Source: Alphaproteobacteria bacterium (GTDB lineage Bacteria > Pseudomonadota > Alphaproteobacteria > UBA828). Taken from it: a stretch of 64,000 nt of DNA. The notes beneath the pieces were generated by a model. The model had not been told where the DNA came from, searched no databases, and was given only the letters and a program-made list of their open reading frames with translations. Below, in pieces: positions 19,857-28,856 of the stretch (positions are counted from its first letter, which is position 1; every line of letters begins with the position of its first letter). The position numbers and the translations under genes were made by a program. Location of the stretch: contig CBDCRW010000004.1 of assembly GCA_965221125.1 (NCBI GenBank), positions 448,001 through 512,000 on the forward strand, given 5' to 3'.

Positions 19857-20174
19857 ATGCGGACATCCGGGACAGTTCATCGAAGCGCACAAACGTTTCT
19901 GACCCATGTGTTCGGGCGCGGTCTCGACGACGAGCGCTATGTCGTCGAGAGATACGAGTCCGATTTCGAGGGCCAGATCCGGCCCTGGCGGCCGGGCAAG
20001 GGATCGAAGGACGCGCGCAAGGCAGCGCGGAAGGTGATGAGCCTTCGCGCCGTGCAACGGCTCCGGCCGGAGCGGAACGAGATCATAATTGCCACCGGCG
20101 TCGAGCTTGCCGGCGGCGTTCAGTACTACGGCGAGCATGCCATCTGGCCCCATATGTCGCGGCGGCATCGGTGA
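19857..20174 (+). CDS. Small basic hypothetical protein (105 aa)
   Basis: GGGAGG RBS before ATG 19857; protein-like sequence MRTSGTVHRS...GEHAIWP. Confidence 0.6.
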   Translation: MRTSGTVHRSAQTFLTHVFGRGLDDERYVVERYESDFEGQIRPWRPGKGSKDARKAARKVMSLRAVQRLRPERNEIIIATGVELAGGVQYYGEHAIWPHMSRRHR

Positions 20175-20286
20175 TCGAAGGATTGGCCGGGGCGTCCCTA
20201 CCGGGCGCTCCGGCCCTCGTCTTGCGCCGGAATACCGGTGGAAAGGCGCGCTCCTTGATCGTCGTCAACACGAAGGATCGCAGATC

Positions 20287-21093
20287 ATGCCCTACGCCGA
20301 CATCGAGAGGCGGAGAGCGCTCCAGCGCGAACGTCACCGGCGCCGTATCGTCGAGCGGGCCGCTCTCGGGCTCTGCACCCGATGTGGGATCCGCGCCGTG
20401 GCGCCCGGCCGGCGGCAGTGCGAGCCCTGCCGCAGAAAGGCGCGCGCCGCCGAGCGTGCGCGCTATGCTGCCGGCAAAGCCAGGGGCGAGCTCTACGGCG
20501 GCCGCCGGGTGGCAACCCGCAGGCGCGACAGCCGTGAGCGGGGCAGAGAGCGCCATCGCGCCCGGCGCGCGGCTGGAACGTGCACGATGTGCGGCCGGAT
20601 GCCACCCATGGTGGGCGCCGCCGTCTGCGAGGGTTGCAGGTCCGACCGTCGCGCCCGCGAGCGTGAGCGCTACGCCCGCCGCAGGGCCGAGGGCCGTTGC
20701 GTCCGCTGCAACGACGCGGCGCCGGCTGGGTCCTCCCGCTGCCGGCAGTGTGCGGCCATGGAGGCGTCGCGGCCGAAAGGGCGGAAGAATGCCCAAGACC
20801 GCAAGCGGTACGCGCGCCGTCGCGCCCGGAAGCTCTGCTCACGATGCGGGGCCTGGGCGGGTGCCGCCAGCACGTGCGACTCCTGTTCGCGGCAAGCCCG
20901 CGTGCGCTCGCCCGAGTATCGAGGAGTGCCGTTGTCCGGGCCCCTCTTCACCGTCGTCGAGATCGCGACCGGTCGAGAGTTGGACACGTTCGAGACCGAG
21001 GCCGAGGCGGCGGCCGCGCTGGCGTTTGCCGGCCTCGGCCCCGGCGATGTCGAGATAGTCTCGGACAACACGGCCGCACTGACCGCGTGGTAG
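20287..21093 (+). CDS. Arg-rich protein with four paired CxxC (zinc-finger-like) repeats
   Basis: CTRC/CEPC, CTMC/CEGC, CVRC/CRQC and CSRC/CDSC separated by R.RY..RR helices; GAAGGA RBS. Confidence 0.8.
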   Translation: MPYADIERRRALQRERHRRRIVERAALGLCTRCGIRAVAPGRRQCEPCRRKARAAERARYAAGKARGELYGGRRVATRRRDSRERGRERHRARRAAGTCTMCGRMPPMVGAAVCEGCRSDRRARERERYARRRAEGRCVRCNDAAPAGSSRCRQCAAMEASRPKGRKNAQDRKRYARRRARKLCSRCGAWAGAASTCDSCSRQARVRSPEYRGVPLSGPLFTVVEIATGRELDTFETEAEAAAALAFAGLGPGDVEIVSDNTAALTAW

Positions 21094-21587
21094 CCAGCGG
21101 CGATGCGTCCGCCGCGCCGCGCGCCATCCCTCAGCGCCTTGCGAGACCCTGGCCGGTGACGCCCGGAGCCCGACCGCAGCCCACGGCGGACACGCGCTCC
21201 AAACTCGACGGAATGCGCGGGAGCCGGCCAAAACAGGGATCACCGGCTCCCGCGCTCTCCTCGCGGAGACCCTCATGGGCAATCGGAGGTTACATCCCGG
21301 TGCGGACCTCCGGCAAGGCGCCGGCCGCCCCCGTGCCGGCCGCGCCGGCGATCCGCTTCCCGGAACTTGCGAGGCGGGTTAATGACACCACCCGGCGCGC
21401 CGGAACCGGCGCCGCCTGTCCGGTGAGTGCGTCGGCGCCACCGGCAAGCCCGAGCGGAACGTCACCGTGCAGGTCACGGGCAGGTCGCGGGCAGCCACCC
21501 GCGATCGCCGGCCTCCCCTGACGCGCCGCCGGTTCGGCAATTTCAGGGCAGGGGGTCCCGGCGCCACGGCAACCGGCACCGCCGGCT

Positions 21588-22922
21588 TCATGTCCACCGC
21601 CACAGGAGGTCCTTCGAGATCTGCCTCGCGATCCTGTCGCGCTGGCGCTCCAGGCCGTTGTGCGCCGACCCGAACTGCCCCCCCTCCAGCCGGATCACCC
21701 TGCCGATCCGCTTCATCAGGCGGTGGGTCTCTTCCTTCTTCTTCTCGTATTCCTCGCTGCCAAGCCCCATGACCTCGATCACGTAGCGCACCTTGTCGCT
21801 GCCGTCGGTGGAGCCGCCCGGGCGGCTGACGGTGAGAAGGCCGTCCGGATGACAACGGCCGTCGCGCACCCTTATCGGGAAGAGCGGCCTCTCAAGCTCG
21901 ACCCGGACGACACCGCCGAGCGCCTCCCGCAGCTCCTTGCCGCTTCGCAGATCCTCGACCAGTCGTGCAAGCGACAGGAGCGCCTGGCGCTCGTAGTCAG
22001 AGTCGACCGGGATCGGCAACTCCGGCGCGGCAATCGGCTCCGCGTAGGCCATGCGGCACTCCCATCCGTGCATGTCTGCGGACTGCGCCAGCGCGCCCAG
22101 GAAGAGATAGGGCCCCTCCACCCTGTTGTTGTGGATGAGCCGGGAGACCACGGGAGACGTCACCCTCACATGGCCGGCGCCCCCGGTCCTGCCGTTGATG
22201 TCGTGGCCCTCCACATCGTGCGCGACCCAGCACAGGTAGCCGCAGGGCGGGGGATCTTTCGGCCAATGCCGCGCGCGCTCGTCCAGCCTTTCCCGGAACT
22301 CACCCGAGTGCCAGCTCGCGGGGGCCGTGCACAGCACCTCCGACGCCGGAACCCCCGGCGCGACGGGGAACGCAACTGCGGCGCGTCTGAGTTCCGCGAG
22401 CCAGTCCTCCGATGACGGAAACCGCTCCACACCGGCCAGTGTGTGCAGCCGCGCCTCCCGGATGAAGCACTTGAGCATGTAGGCCACGACCGGGACCGAC
22501 CGGCCCGTCCCGCTCCAGGGCTTGTGTTCCAGGTCGCGTTCTGCCGAAGCCTCGACGTCCCGCTCGTGCGAGAGCGGATTGAAGAAGAACCGGGAGGCGC
22601 CTTGCAAGTGTTGCAGGCGGAAGACGCAGTTCCCGGCATGCGGCACGGAAGCGTCGGGAAGGTTGCCGAGACGCATGCTGCGCCGTCCCCGGCCGGGCAC
22701 GATGACAGGCTGCTCCAACCCATCGGGCAGACAATCGCACAACATCCAGCAATCCGCGTCGCAGAGGGCCCTGATCACGGCGTCGTGGAGCTTTCGCGCC
22801 GCCGGGTCCTCCTTCCGGCGCCTTACTCTTGCGTCCTTGACCTTGCGCAGGGCGTATTCCTCGAGAGACTCAAGCCAACGGACGTGCTCCCGGCTGAACG
22901 CCCTTATGACCTCGAGAGCCAT
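21588..22922 (-). CDS. DUF1173/CoiA-like protein, putative PD-(D/E)XK nuclease with N-terminal Zn site
   Basis: WMLCDC...HAGNC metal-ligand pattern; C-terminal HPDGLL...YVIEVMG....YEKKK; GGAGGGAGG RBS. Confidence 0.6.
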   Translation of the reverse strand: MALEVIRAFSREHVRWLESLEEYALRKVKDARVRRRKEDPAARKLHDAVIRALCDADCWMLCDCLPDGLEQPVIVPGRGRRSMRLGNLPDASVPHAGNCVFRLQHLQGASRFFFNPLSHERDVEASAERDLEHKPWSGTGRSVPVVAYMLKCFIREARLHTLAGVERFPSSEDWLAELRRAAVAFPVAPGVPASEVLCTAPASWHSGEFRERLDERARHWPKDPPPCGYLCWVAHDVEGHDINGRTGGAGHVRVTSPVVSRLIHNNRVEGPYLFLGALAQSADMHGWECRMAYAEPIAAPELPIPVDSDYERQALLSLARLVEDLRSGKELREALGGVVRVELERPLFPIRVRDGRCHPDGLLTVSRPGGSTDGSDKVRYVIEVMGLGSEEYEKKKEETHRLMKRIGRVIRLEGGQFGSAHNGLERQRDRIARQISKDLLWRWT

Positions 22923-23230
22923 GATCCTCCCTCCGATGCCCCCCGCTGCACTTCACCGACAGGAGCGCCGGGACGCCGGCGCCCGAAACGATCGCGGGAA
23001 GGGTGCCAGCGCCTGGCCCCGGCCCGCTCGATCCAACGCGGCGAGCGCTCCAGCCATTCGTCGACCAGGTGAATCCCGTCGGCCCCGGCCCTCGCCTCGG
23101 TGATCAGGGGACGCCATTGGAAGTGTCCCCGTCTTCTCAGCCGAAACCATCGACAGCACAAGCCCTCTCGGGTCGACCTGGCCCTCTCACCGGACCGCCG
23201 CACTTGTTCGTCCGATCTGCTTGCCTGCAA

Positions 23231-23746
23231 TCAGAACAGCTCCTTCTGACCGGAGTCGCCGACCCTTTTCCTTGGGCGCGCCGGCTTCTGCGGTTTCTTC
23301 GGCTCCTGCGGTTTCTGTGCCGGCGCCGGCGCCGTGCGCATATTCTGCATGAAAGCGGCGGCGATGATTGCCGCCCGCTCGTCGCCGAACACTTGCCGCA
23401 GGAGCGCCTCCGCGTCGCTGCTCCGGCCCTGCCGCACCATCGTCTCAAGCCGCGCCTTCAGCAGCGCGCCGAGGCCGTCCGTGACCTGCGAAGGCGCGTC
23501 GATGTCCGAGCGCAGGCTCCGCGCATGCTCGCTCACGGCCCGAGACACGGACTTCTGCTGTTTCTCGTCGAGCACCAGCCGGCGATGTTTCCGCGGCAAG
23601 GGATCCACCGTCAGCGCGCAATGGACCACCCAGGCCGACACCGACATTCCGGCCTCGTCCGCCCCCGACTCGACGTCGGCCCACTCCTCGTCGGTCGCGG
23701 AAATCGTCTGCGAGGTCCCCGCCCTGCGCACGCGCCGCCTTTTCAT
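23231..23746 (-). CDS. MobC/ribbon-helix-helix-like protein 3
   Basis: QTISATDEEWADVESGADEAGMSVSAWVV matches the MobC-type RHH pattern. Confidence 0.7.
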   Translation of the reverse strand: MKRRRVRRAGTSQTISATDEEWADVESGADEAGMSVSAWVVHCALTVDPLPRKHRRLVLDEKQQKSVSRAVSEHARSLRSDIDAPSQVTDGLGALLKARLETMVRQGRSSDAEALLRQVFGDERAAIIAAAFMQNMRTAPAPAQKPQEPKKPQKPARPRKRVGDSGQKELF

Positions 23747-24069
23747 GGCCCCCGCTCTTCTTCGCAGAGCAGCAGAAAGCGCACCACTTCATGGATCGCC
23801 AGGGTCGTCTTCCCGCCGTCCTGCGCATCGACAACGATGCTCTTCGACCGGGCGAGAACGCGGCTGTCCTCGTAGAGGCGACGCTGCGCGTCTTCGGCGA
23901 GCACCAGCGGATGACCAAGCGGTTCCGGAGGAGCGCTCGCGCTCGCAACCCGGCGGCAGCACAGAATGACCAGGCGCGAGAGCGATATCCCCGCCCTCTT
24001 GGCCCGCCGCCGCATCTTCTCCCGCGCCTCTGGCGAGCAGTAGATGCAGCGCTTCTTCGCCAGGATCAC
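23743..24069 (-). CDS. MobC/ribbon-helix-helix-like protein 2
   Basis: RCIYCSPEAREKMRRRAKRAGISLSRLVI RHH pattern; stop overlaps the next start. Confidence 0.65.
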   Translation of the reverse strand: MILAKKRCIYCSPEAREKMRRRAKRAGISLSRLVILCCRRVASASAPPEPLGHPLVLAEDAQRRLYEDSRVLARSKSIVVDAQDGGKTTLAIHEVVRFLLLCEEERGP

Positions 24070-24082
24070 GGCACTTTCCGCT

Positions 24083-24415
24083 TCATCCCAGATCGCCCTC
24101 GCCCTCGATCCAGGCGTCCACCGCGCCTACCGCCCTCCGCCACAGCTCTTCGCCCATCTCGCCGTCGTTCACGAGACGCAGCCTTTGCAGTTCTTCGAGG
24201 ATCAACACCGCCTTTGCCGCTCGCTGCAGCACCGGCGAGGGCAGAGCGGCATCGGTCGTGGCGGCCTGCGCCTTGCGGTCGAGGCAGCACCTGATGACGT
24301 AGTCGGAGTTCGACAATCCCGCCGCTTGTGCGCCCTCGTTGATCTCGGCCCACTCGGCATCGGTTGCACCGACCCAGCGCTGCTTCCGCTTTTCGCCCTT
24401 TTGTCTCGCCGGCAT
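24083..24415 (-). CDS. MobC/ribbon-helix-helix-like protein 1
   Basis: RWVGATDAEWAEINEGAQAAGLSNSDYVIRCCL RHH pattern. Confidence 0.7.
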   Translation of the reverse strand: MPARQKGEKRKQRWVGATDAEWAEINEGAQAAGLSNSDYVIRCCLDRKAQAATTDAALPSPVLQRAAKAVLILEELQRLRLVNDGEMGEELWRRAVGAVDAWIEGEGDLG

Positions 24416-24745
24416 CGGCCCGCCCGCGTCCCTATGGTGGATATCCGACTATATCCGCAAATGAACAGATAAAACCATACGTCCTGCATATCGACCTTCA
24501 GCCGTCATCCCACAAGCCGCAGATTACTGCGCAGATGATAGACACATCAACACCCGAGTGTCACTATCGCAACAAGAAAGACCTCTCCTGCCATGGAAAT
24601 ATGACCGTTACTTCCATAGTTGACTTCAGTATAACCATATGATGTAACACGCATGCAACGGATGACCATCGCATAACGAGTCTAACCACCGAACCACCGA
24701 ATCGTCGGTATTGTTTTCTACACGGAAACGCTCTGACTCTTTGTC
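24416..24745. other. AT-rich non-coding region, candidate oriT/island end
   Basis: Sharp GC drop. Direct repeats ATATCCG x2 (24441, 24451) and AACCACCG x2 (24684-24699). R388-like hairpin plus TGTCT^AT on the minus strand at 24562-24538. Confidence 0.55.
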
Positions 24746-24873
24746 GCTCACGGCAGCCGGTCTTCGACCGGCGCCTCCGCGTCGCGCGGCCACGCGCGCA
24801 GGGGCGCGCGATGTGCGCCGCATTCGCGGCCTATCGCGCGTCCGTCAGAGTCGGACGCGCTCCGACGCCGCTT

Positions 24874-25359
24874 TCAGCCGATGGGCGGGGTGCGCACCGT
24901 CATCTTGCCGCGCATCGCCGTCGGCGTCTCGTCCTCGGGGACCTCGCCGGTCGCGCTCGCCTGGTAGGCGCGGGCGTAGGCGATGACGTCCGCCGCATGG
25001 TCCGGCGTCAGGTGGCTGAAGCGCACGTGGTGCTTGCCGGCCTCGCGAAAGCCCACGTTGCACGGGCTCTTGCAACCGTTCAGGCAATAGACCGCGCGCA
25101 GGTTCAGGCTCTCCGGCAGCGGCTCCGCGTCGACCAGGTCCCTCACCGCGTCCAGCAGGAAGGTGCCCTGGCGCTTGCCGTCGCGCTCCCGCGCGGATTC
25201 GGACCAGACGCAGGAGCGGCAGACGTAGAACGTCGCCGGCGCATTCCCCGGCGGCTTCGCGGCTGGCCTCCTGCGCGCGGACCCCTTGCCGGTGCCGGCC
25301 CGCGCCCTGCCCGCGCGCGGCCGTGCGGCGTCGCGCTTCCCCGGTTTCCGCTCCGCCAC
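24874..25359 (-). CDS. DUF1636-family thioredoxin-like metal-binding protein
   Basis: FYVCRSC...VYCLNGCKSPCNVGF pattern. Confidence 0.8.
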   Translation of the reverse strand: MAERKPGKRDAARPRAGRARAGTGKGSARRRPAAKPPGNAPATFYVCRSCVWSESARERDGKRQGTFLLDAVRDLVDAEPLPESLNLRAVYCLNGCKSPCNVGFREAGKHHVRFSHLTPDHAADVIAYARAYQASATGEVPEDETPTAMRGKMTVRTPPIG

Positions 25360-25367
25360 GGGTCGGC

Positions 25368-26141
25368 CTAGCTGAAGCTGAAATAGAAGTTGAGAAGCAG
25401 GCCGTTCACCTGCGTCGGCTTCTCGACCGGGGTCCAGTGGCCGCAGCCGGGCAGGATGGCGACGCGGGAGCCGGCGATCCGGCCGCCGAGTGCCTTCACC
25501 GCCGGCGGCGGCGCGACGCCGTCCTCGTCGCCCGTGACCAGCAGGGTCGGGCAGCGGATGCCGGCGAGGTCCGCGCTCCTCGCGTCGGCGAGCGCCTCGC
25601 AGGTGCGCGCGTAGCCCTCGGCATCCTGGCGCATGAGGATCTCGCGCACGAATGCCGCCGTCGCCGGCTGGTGCGACCGGGTCTCGGCGGAGATCGCGAC
25701 CTCCACCAGGGTGTCGGCGATGGGCACCATGCCGTTCTTGCGCGCGACGCCCGCGCGGTCGCGGATTGCCTGGCGCGCGGGCTCCGGCGGCTCCGCCAGC
25801 GGACCCAGGAGTGCCAGGCTCTTCACCCGCTCAGGAGTCTCGGCGGCGAGGTGCTGGCAGACGATCGTGCCCATGGAGTGCCCGCAGAGGTGGGCGGTCG
25901 GGATGTCGAGCGCATCCATCACCGCGCGCACGTCGGCGACGAAGGAGGCGATGGAGAGCGCCCCCGTGGCGGGCGAGCGGCCCGAGCCCTCGAGGTCGAG
26001 CCGGACCACGCGGAAGGAGCGGGCTAGGGGGCCCGCCTGCGGGTGCCAGGTGTTGGCGGTGCCGCCGAGGCCGTGGACCATGACCACCGCGTCGCCGTCG
26101 CCCTGCTCCTCGACCGCGATCTGCTTGCCGTTAACCTCCAT
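25368..26141 (-). CDS. Alpha/beta hydrolase (enol-lactonase-like)
   Basis: VHGLGG, GHSMG nucleophile elbow, GDED acid and CGHW catalytic His. Start is approximate. Confidence 0.9.
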   Translation of the reverse strand: MEVNGKQIAVEEQGDGDAVVMVHGLGGTANTWHPQAGPLARSFRVVRLDLEGSGRSPATGALSIASFVADVRAVMDALDIPTAHLCGHSMGTIVCQHLAAETPERVKSLALLGPLAEPPEPARQAIRDRAGVARKNGMVPIADTLVEVAISAETRSHQPATAAFVREILMRQDAEGYARTCEALADARSADLAGIRCPTLLVTGDEDGVAPPPAVKALGGRIAGSRVAILPGCGHWTPVEKPTQVNGLLLNFYFSFS

Positions 26142-26232
26142 CGCCCTCGCTCCCGTGACCGGCAGGCCCAGCACATAGCATGCGGCGCCGCCGGCCGGGT
26201 AGGCGTTTTCCGCCGCCGCTCAGGGATTGCCG

Positions 26233-27930
26233 TCAGTCGAGGTGGGAGGTTTCGATTCTCTCGTATGCGGCGAGCGGGCGGAAGAAGCGCTGCCCCTTGC
26301 TCTCGCCGGGCCTGGGCGGCCCCGGCGCCGCCAGCTCCTGCGCGGCGAAGAGGCGGGCGACAACGGCCTTGCGCGCATCGCCGGCGCCCCAGTCGGCGGC
26401 CGCCTCCTCGATCAGAAGGGCCGCGGCAAGCCCTCTCGCCATGCGGTCCATCAGCCGGTACGCCTGGCGCGGCCCCTCGGCTTCGTCCTCCTGAATGAGC
26501 GCCGTCAGCGCAGCCACCTCCCGCCGGGCCTGAAAGACGAGCGCCCGCGCCCGCACGAGGGCGGAGTGATTGGCGGCAAGGGGCATGTTGAGAATGGCGT
26601 CGAGCCTGGCGTGGAAGGCCGCGAGCCCCGGCGACTCCGCGCCTGCGAGGCGCAGCACCTCCAGCGCCTGGATGTTGGGCGGGCCTTCCCACACGGTGAG
26701 CACCTGGGCATCGCGGTAGAGCCTGGCCGTGGGGTATTCCTCGGTGTAGCCGTTGCCCCCCAGGATCTCGATGGCGCGGCTGGTCGCGGTGATCGCCCAT
26801 GCCGCCGTCAGGTACTTGGCGAGCGCGGTGACGAGCCGCATCCAGGGCTGCTCCTCTGGTGCGCTCTGCGCCGCGTCGAACGCGCGGGCCGCGGCGAAGG
26901 CCAGCGCCACGCTCGCCTCCAGGCGCACCTGCATCTCGACGAGCTGATCCTGCACCATGGGATAGGCGGCGAGGCGATTGCCGAAGGCCTGGCGCGTCTC
27001 GGCATGGGCGAGCGATTCGGCGAAGGCACGGCGCTGTATGCCGGCCGACGCCATCGCGTTGTGGATGCGGCTGTAGCCGAGCGCCGCCATCATCGTCCTG
27101 AGACCGTCCGGCGGCGGCGTCACCTCCACCGCGTGGGCGCCCTCCAGCTCGATCTCTCCGGTCGCGAGCCCGCGCGTGCCGAGCTTCTCCTTCAGCCGCC
27201 TGATCCGGTAGCGGTTGGGCCCGCCGTCGGGACTGCGCGCCGGCACCAGGTAGAGGCCGAGCCCGGCGCCGCCACCGGCCGCCCCCTCGGGCCGGGCGAG
27301 GGTGAGCGCCAGCCCGCCGTCCACGTTGCTGGCGAACCACTTGAGACCGCTGAGCACGATGCCTTCGTTGGTGCGCCGCGCAACGGTCTCTGTGGCGCCG
27401 ACGTCGCTGCCGCCCAGCTTCTCCGTGACCCAGGTGCCGCCGGTCGCCGCGCTGCCGTCCATGCGCACGAGGGCCGGCAGGTGGTCATCCCGCACCTCCT
27501 CCGGCGCGAAGCGGTCGAGCACGTGGGCGACCGCGCCGGTGAGCGTCACCGGGCAGTGGACCGAGATGTCGGACTGGGCGAGCAGGTAGCCCATCGCGAA
27601 GGTGAGCGTGAAGGGGCGGGGCTCAGGGCCATAGTTGAGGCCGACGATGCCGCGCTCGTAGACCTCGCGGTGAACTGCGGCATAGAGCGGGTTGTGGCGG
27701 ACGACCGAGCGCGGGCGCCCGCCCTCGTCCAGGGTTTCGAGAACCGGCGGGGCGAAGCGGTTGGTGTAGTCGGCCTGCTCGTCGACGGCGCTCACCACCC
27801 AGCCGCCGAAGCTGCTCAGCCGCTCGGCATCGTCCTCGCTGAGCCAGGACGCGCTGCGGCCCAGCAGAGCCTGGAGGTTCCGGTCGCTCCGGTAGGCGTT
27901 ACCTCGAAGTCCGCCGTTCCCGTCCGCCAT
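26233..27930 (-). CDS. Acyl-CoA dehydrogenase (AidB-like)
   Basis: CPVTLT, WVTEKLGGSDV, LKWFASN, LKEKLGTR, GGNGY and VWEGPPNI motifs. Confidence 0.92.
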   Translation of the reverse strand: MADGNGGLRGNAYRSDRNLQALLGRSASWLSEDDAERLSSFGGWVVSAVDEQADYTNRFAPPVLETLDEGGRPRSVVRHNPLYAAVHREVYERGIVGLNYGPEPRPFTLTFAMGYLLAQSDISVHCPVTLTGAVAHVLDRFAPEEVRDDHLPALVRMDGSAATGGTWVTEKLGGSDVGATETVARRTNEGIVLSGLKWFASNVDGGLALTLARPEGAAGGGAGLGLYLVPARSPDGGPNRYRIRRLKEKLGTRGLATGEIELEGAHAVEVTPPPDGLRTMMAALGYSRIHNAMASAGIQRRAFAESLAHAETRQAFGNRLAAYPMVQDQLVEMQVRLEASVALAFAAARAFDAAQSAPEEQPWMRLVTALAKYLTAAWAITATSRAIEILGGNGYTEEYPTARLYRDAQVLTVWEGPPNIQALEVLRLAGAESPGLAAFHARLDAILNMPLAANHSALVRARALVFQARREVAALTALIQEDEAEGPRQAYRLMDRMARGLAAALLIEEAAADWGAGDARKAVVARLFAAQELAAPGPPRPGESKGQRFFRPLAAYERIETSHLD

Positions 27931-28047
27931 GGGGGTGCGACCTTTTGCGACGCAGGCGGTGCCTGCGGGGTATAGTCTCCCATAGTATCCCTATTGGCCA
28001 TGCACCGGGCGACATAAGCGATGCCCGTGCGCGGTATGAGGCGGGCG

Positions 28048-28821
28048 ATGGCGAGACTGGCTGGCAAGGTGGCGATCGTGACCGGGGCGACCAGCGGGCT
28101 CGGCGCCGCAGCGGCGGTGCGCATGGCCGAGGAAGGCGCGGCCGTGCTGGTGACGGGGCGCGACGAAGGCCGCGGCCAGGCTGTCGCCCAAGCCATCACC
28201 GCGGCGGGAGGCACGGCGCGGTTCCGCCCCCTCGACGTGACGGACGAGGCTGCCTGGCAGGAGACGGTGGACGGCGTGGAGGCGGAGCACGGGCGCCTCG
28301 ACATCCTCTTCAACAACGCCGGGGCTACCCGGGCCGAGCCCATCGCTGACGTCACGCTGGAGACCTGGCGGCGGATCATGGCGGTCAACGCGGACGGCGT
28401 CTTTCTCGGCACCAAGGCCGCGATTCTCGCCATGCGGCGCTCCGGCGGCGGCTCCATCATCAACATGTCGTCGGTGCTCGGCATCGTCGGCACGGCGCAT
28501 CTCGCCGCCTACACGGCGTCGAAGGGCGCGGTCCGCTACTTCACCAAGTGCGTGGCGCTGGAATGCGCGCGCGACGGCAGCGGCATCCGCGTCAACTCGA
28601 TCCACCCCGCCTTCATCCACACGCCGATGATGGACGAGACGGCGATCCGCATGTTCGGCGACGCAGAAGCGGGACCGGCGGAGTTCGGCAAGCTGCACCC
28701 GGTGGGCCACGTCGGCGAGCCCGACGACGTCGCCAACGGCGTGGTCTATCTGGCCTCGGACGAGGCGAAGTTCGTCACCGGCACCGAGCTGGTGATCGAC
28801 GGCGGCTACACGGCGGAATAG
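28048..28821 (+). CDS. Short-chain dehydrogenase/reductase
   Basis: TGATSGLG, NNAG, YTASK and DGGY motifs. Confidence 0.95.
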   Translation: MARLAGKVAIVTGATSGLGAAAAVRMAEEGAAVLVTGRDEGRGQAVAQAITAAGGTARFRPLDVTDEAAWQETVDGVEAEHGRLDILFNNAGATRAEPIADVTLETWRRIMAVNADGVFLGTKAAILAMRRSGGGSIINMSSVLGIVGTAHLAAYTASKGAVRYFTKCVALECARDGSGIRVNSIHPAFIHTPMMDETAIRMFGDAEAGPAEFGKLHPVGHVGEPDDVANGVVYLASDEAKFVTGTELVIDGGYTAE

Positions 28822-28856
28822 GTGCAGCTACGCGCCGCCCGTCGGGGAGAGCGATC

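Noticed and set aside
24624-24650. dif-like site CTTCAGTATAA-CCATA-TGATGTAACAC
   Set aside because: The spacer is 5 bp rather than 6 and the XerD arm has several mismatches; it could be chance in AT-rich DNA.
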